Assembly: GCF_006345805.1 (NCBI RefSeq) | Contig: NW_021824438.1 | Coordinates: 1 to 21,660, forward strand | Length of the DNA: 21,660 nt | Direction: 5' to 3' | From: Octopus sinensis | Taxonomy: Eukaryota | In this document: positions 20,487-21,660 of the stretch, in pieces | Layout of the letters: each line of letters begins with the position of its first letter | Position numbering within the stretch: the first letter of the stretch is position 1 | The notes under the pieces: generated by a model | What the model was told of the DNA's origin: nothing | The model's database searches: none | What the model saw: only the letters and a program-made list of their open reading frames with translations | Made by a program: the position numbers and the translations under genes

Positions 20487-20965
20487 GTATTTAACTATAT
20501 ATGCATAAACACAACTATTTACATACACCCATCATTAAATAGCTTTCACACATGTGACATCACATATGTATAACTATATATATATGCATGTATATATATA
20601 TATGCATGCATGTATATATACATACACATACTACACAGTTATATATAATATATAAATCTCTCTCACTGTATATATACGGGTGTGTGTGCAAAAGTTGGTT
20701 ACAGTAAATTTCACATCAATATTACAATACTTAATTCATTAAAATTATTAGCACCTTAAATTAATTAGCCTAATTTTTGATATTTTCGGTGTAATTAATC
20801 CTAATACTACATTTATCATAACTATAATAATACCTTTATTGTAACTTTTAATGTTTTTGATAAAAATAAATGAGTATTGTACGTGTTTACGTTTTTCATA
20901 ACTGTACACTTTTGCATCACACTGTAACTACATACATGCAATCATACAATATATATATATATATA

Positions 20966-21364
20966 TTAGCAGTATCGCCCGGCGTTGCTCGGGTTTGTAA
21001 GGGAAATAACTATATAAGCATTTTTAGAGATGTAAAGTATAATAGCCATCTCAATATGGCTAACCACAAAGGGGGGGGTGTTACTGTAGCTTTTTACGTT
21101 CTGAGATTTGATAATAAATTTTTAGAGTTACTTCCCTTATATATGCCAAAAATGCATTAAAAATGGGAAAAATTGATGGTAAATTTTTTTTTTAATCGTA
21201 GACTCATCGTAGACGCGCGCTAATACCCAGAAGGGCTCGATATGAATCACGACTATAAGATACCCGGTTTTGGTTAAACTGCACCGCAAAATGTGGGAGT
21301 AGTTAGGAATCTAAATCGAAGGAGACAGAGTCTCACACACACAACTTCAATTTATATATAAAGA
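20966..21364 (-). mobile_element. Non-autonomous Helitron
   Basis: Minus strand starts A|TCTTTATATATAAATTGAAGTTGT and ends ACAAACCCGAGCAACGCCGGGCGATACTGCTAA|T. Confidence 0.75.

Positions 21365-21366
<2 letters not shown>

Positions 21367-21433
<67 letters not shown>
21367..21433. repeat. (TA)n microsatellite
   Basis: Pure TA run; another lies at 21577-21660. Confidence 0.97.
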
Positions 21434-21435
<2 letters not shown>

Positions 21436-21591
21436 CTGTCTCTCTCTCCAGCAAAAATCGACGTTTGCCGAAACAGGTGTGCGGTGTATCACAGGCAGGT
21501 GTCCTAGTGATCGCAGACAAACGTGAGATGAAGTGTTTTGCTCAAGAAAATATCTCCTGTCCTGTCTAGCGATAGTATATATATGTATATA

Positions 21592-21660
<69 letters not shown>

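Noticed and set aside
19088-20573. Many overlapping Y/I/H/T/V/C/M-rich ORFs
   Set aside because: Translations of TA/TG/TATG microsatellites.

Overview
AT-rich, microsatellite-dense eukaryotic DNA, intronic or intergenic. The SINE families and simple-repeat load strongly suggest an Octopus (coleoid cephalopod) genome. No intact protein-coding gene is recognisable, and nearly all ORFs in the track are microsatellite artefacts. The window is a mosaic of transposon relics: tRNA-derived SINEs (Nin-domain type and tRNA-Arg-headed OR-like type, several with clear target-site duplications), 3' fragments of CR1-like LINEs, a putative (TAA)n-targeting Dong/R4-like LINE end, two decayed mariner transposases, a hAT 3' end, two non-autonomous Helitrons, a Tigger-like MITE and an unclassified long-TIR MITE. 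The most notable signals are hammerhead-ribozyme-like motifs in three separate repeat families: a minimal type I variant present in two copies, a five-unit ~168 bp tandem array carrying CUGAUGA, and a permuted GAAAC..CUGANGA pair. One SINE body also appears with three different 3' tails. One weak candidate exon lies at 20396-20486. Family assignments come from motif recognition by eye, not from database searches.
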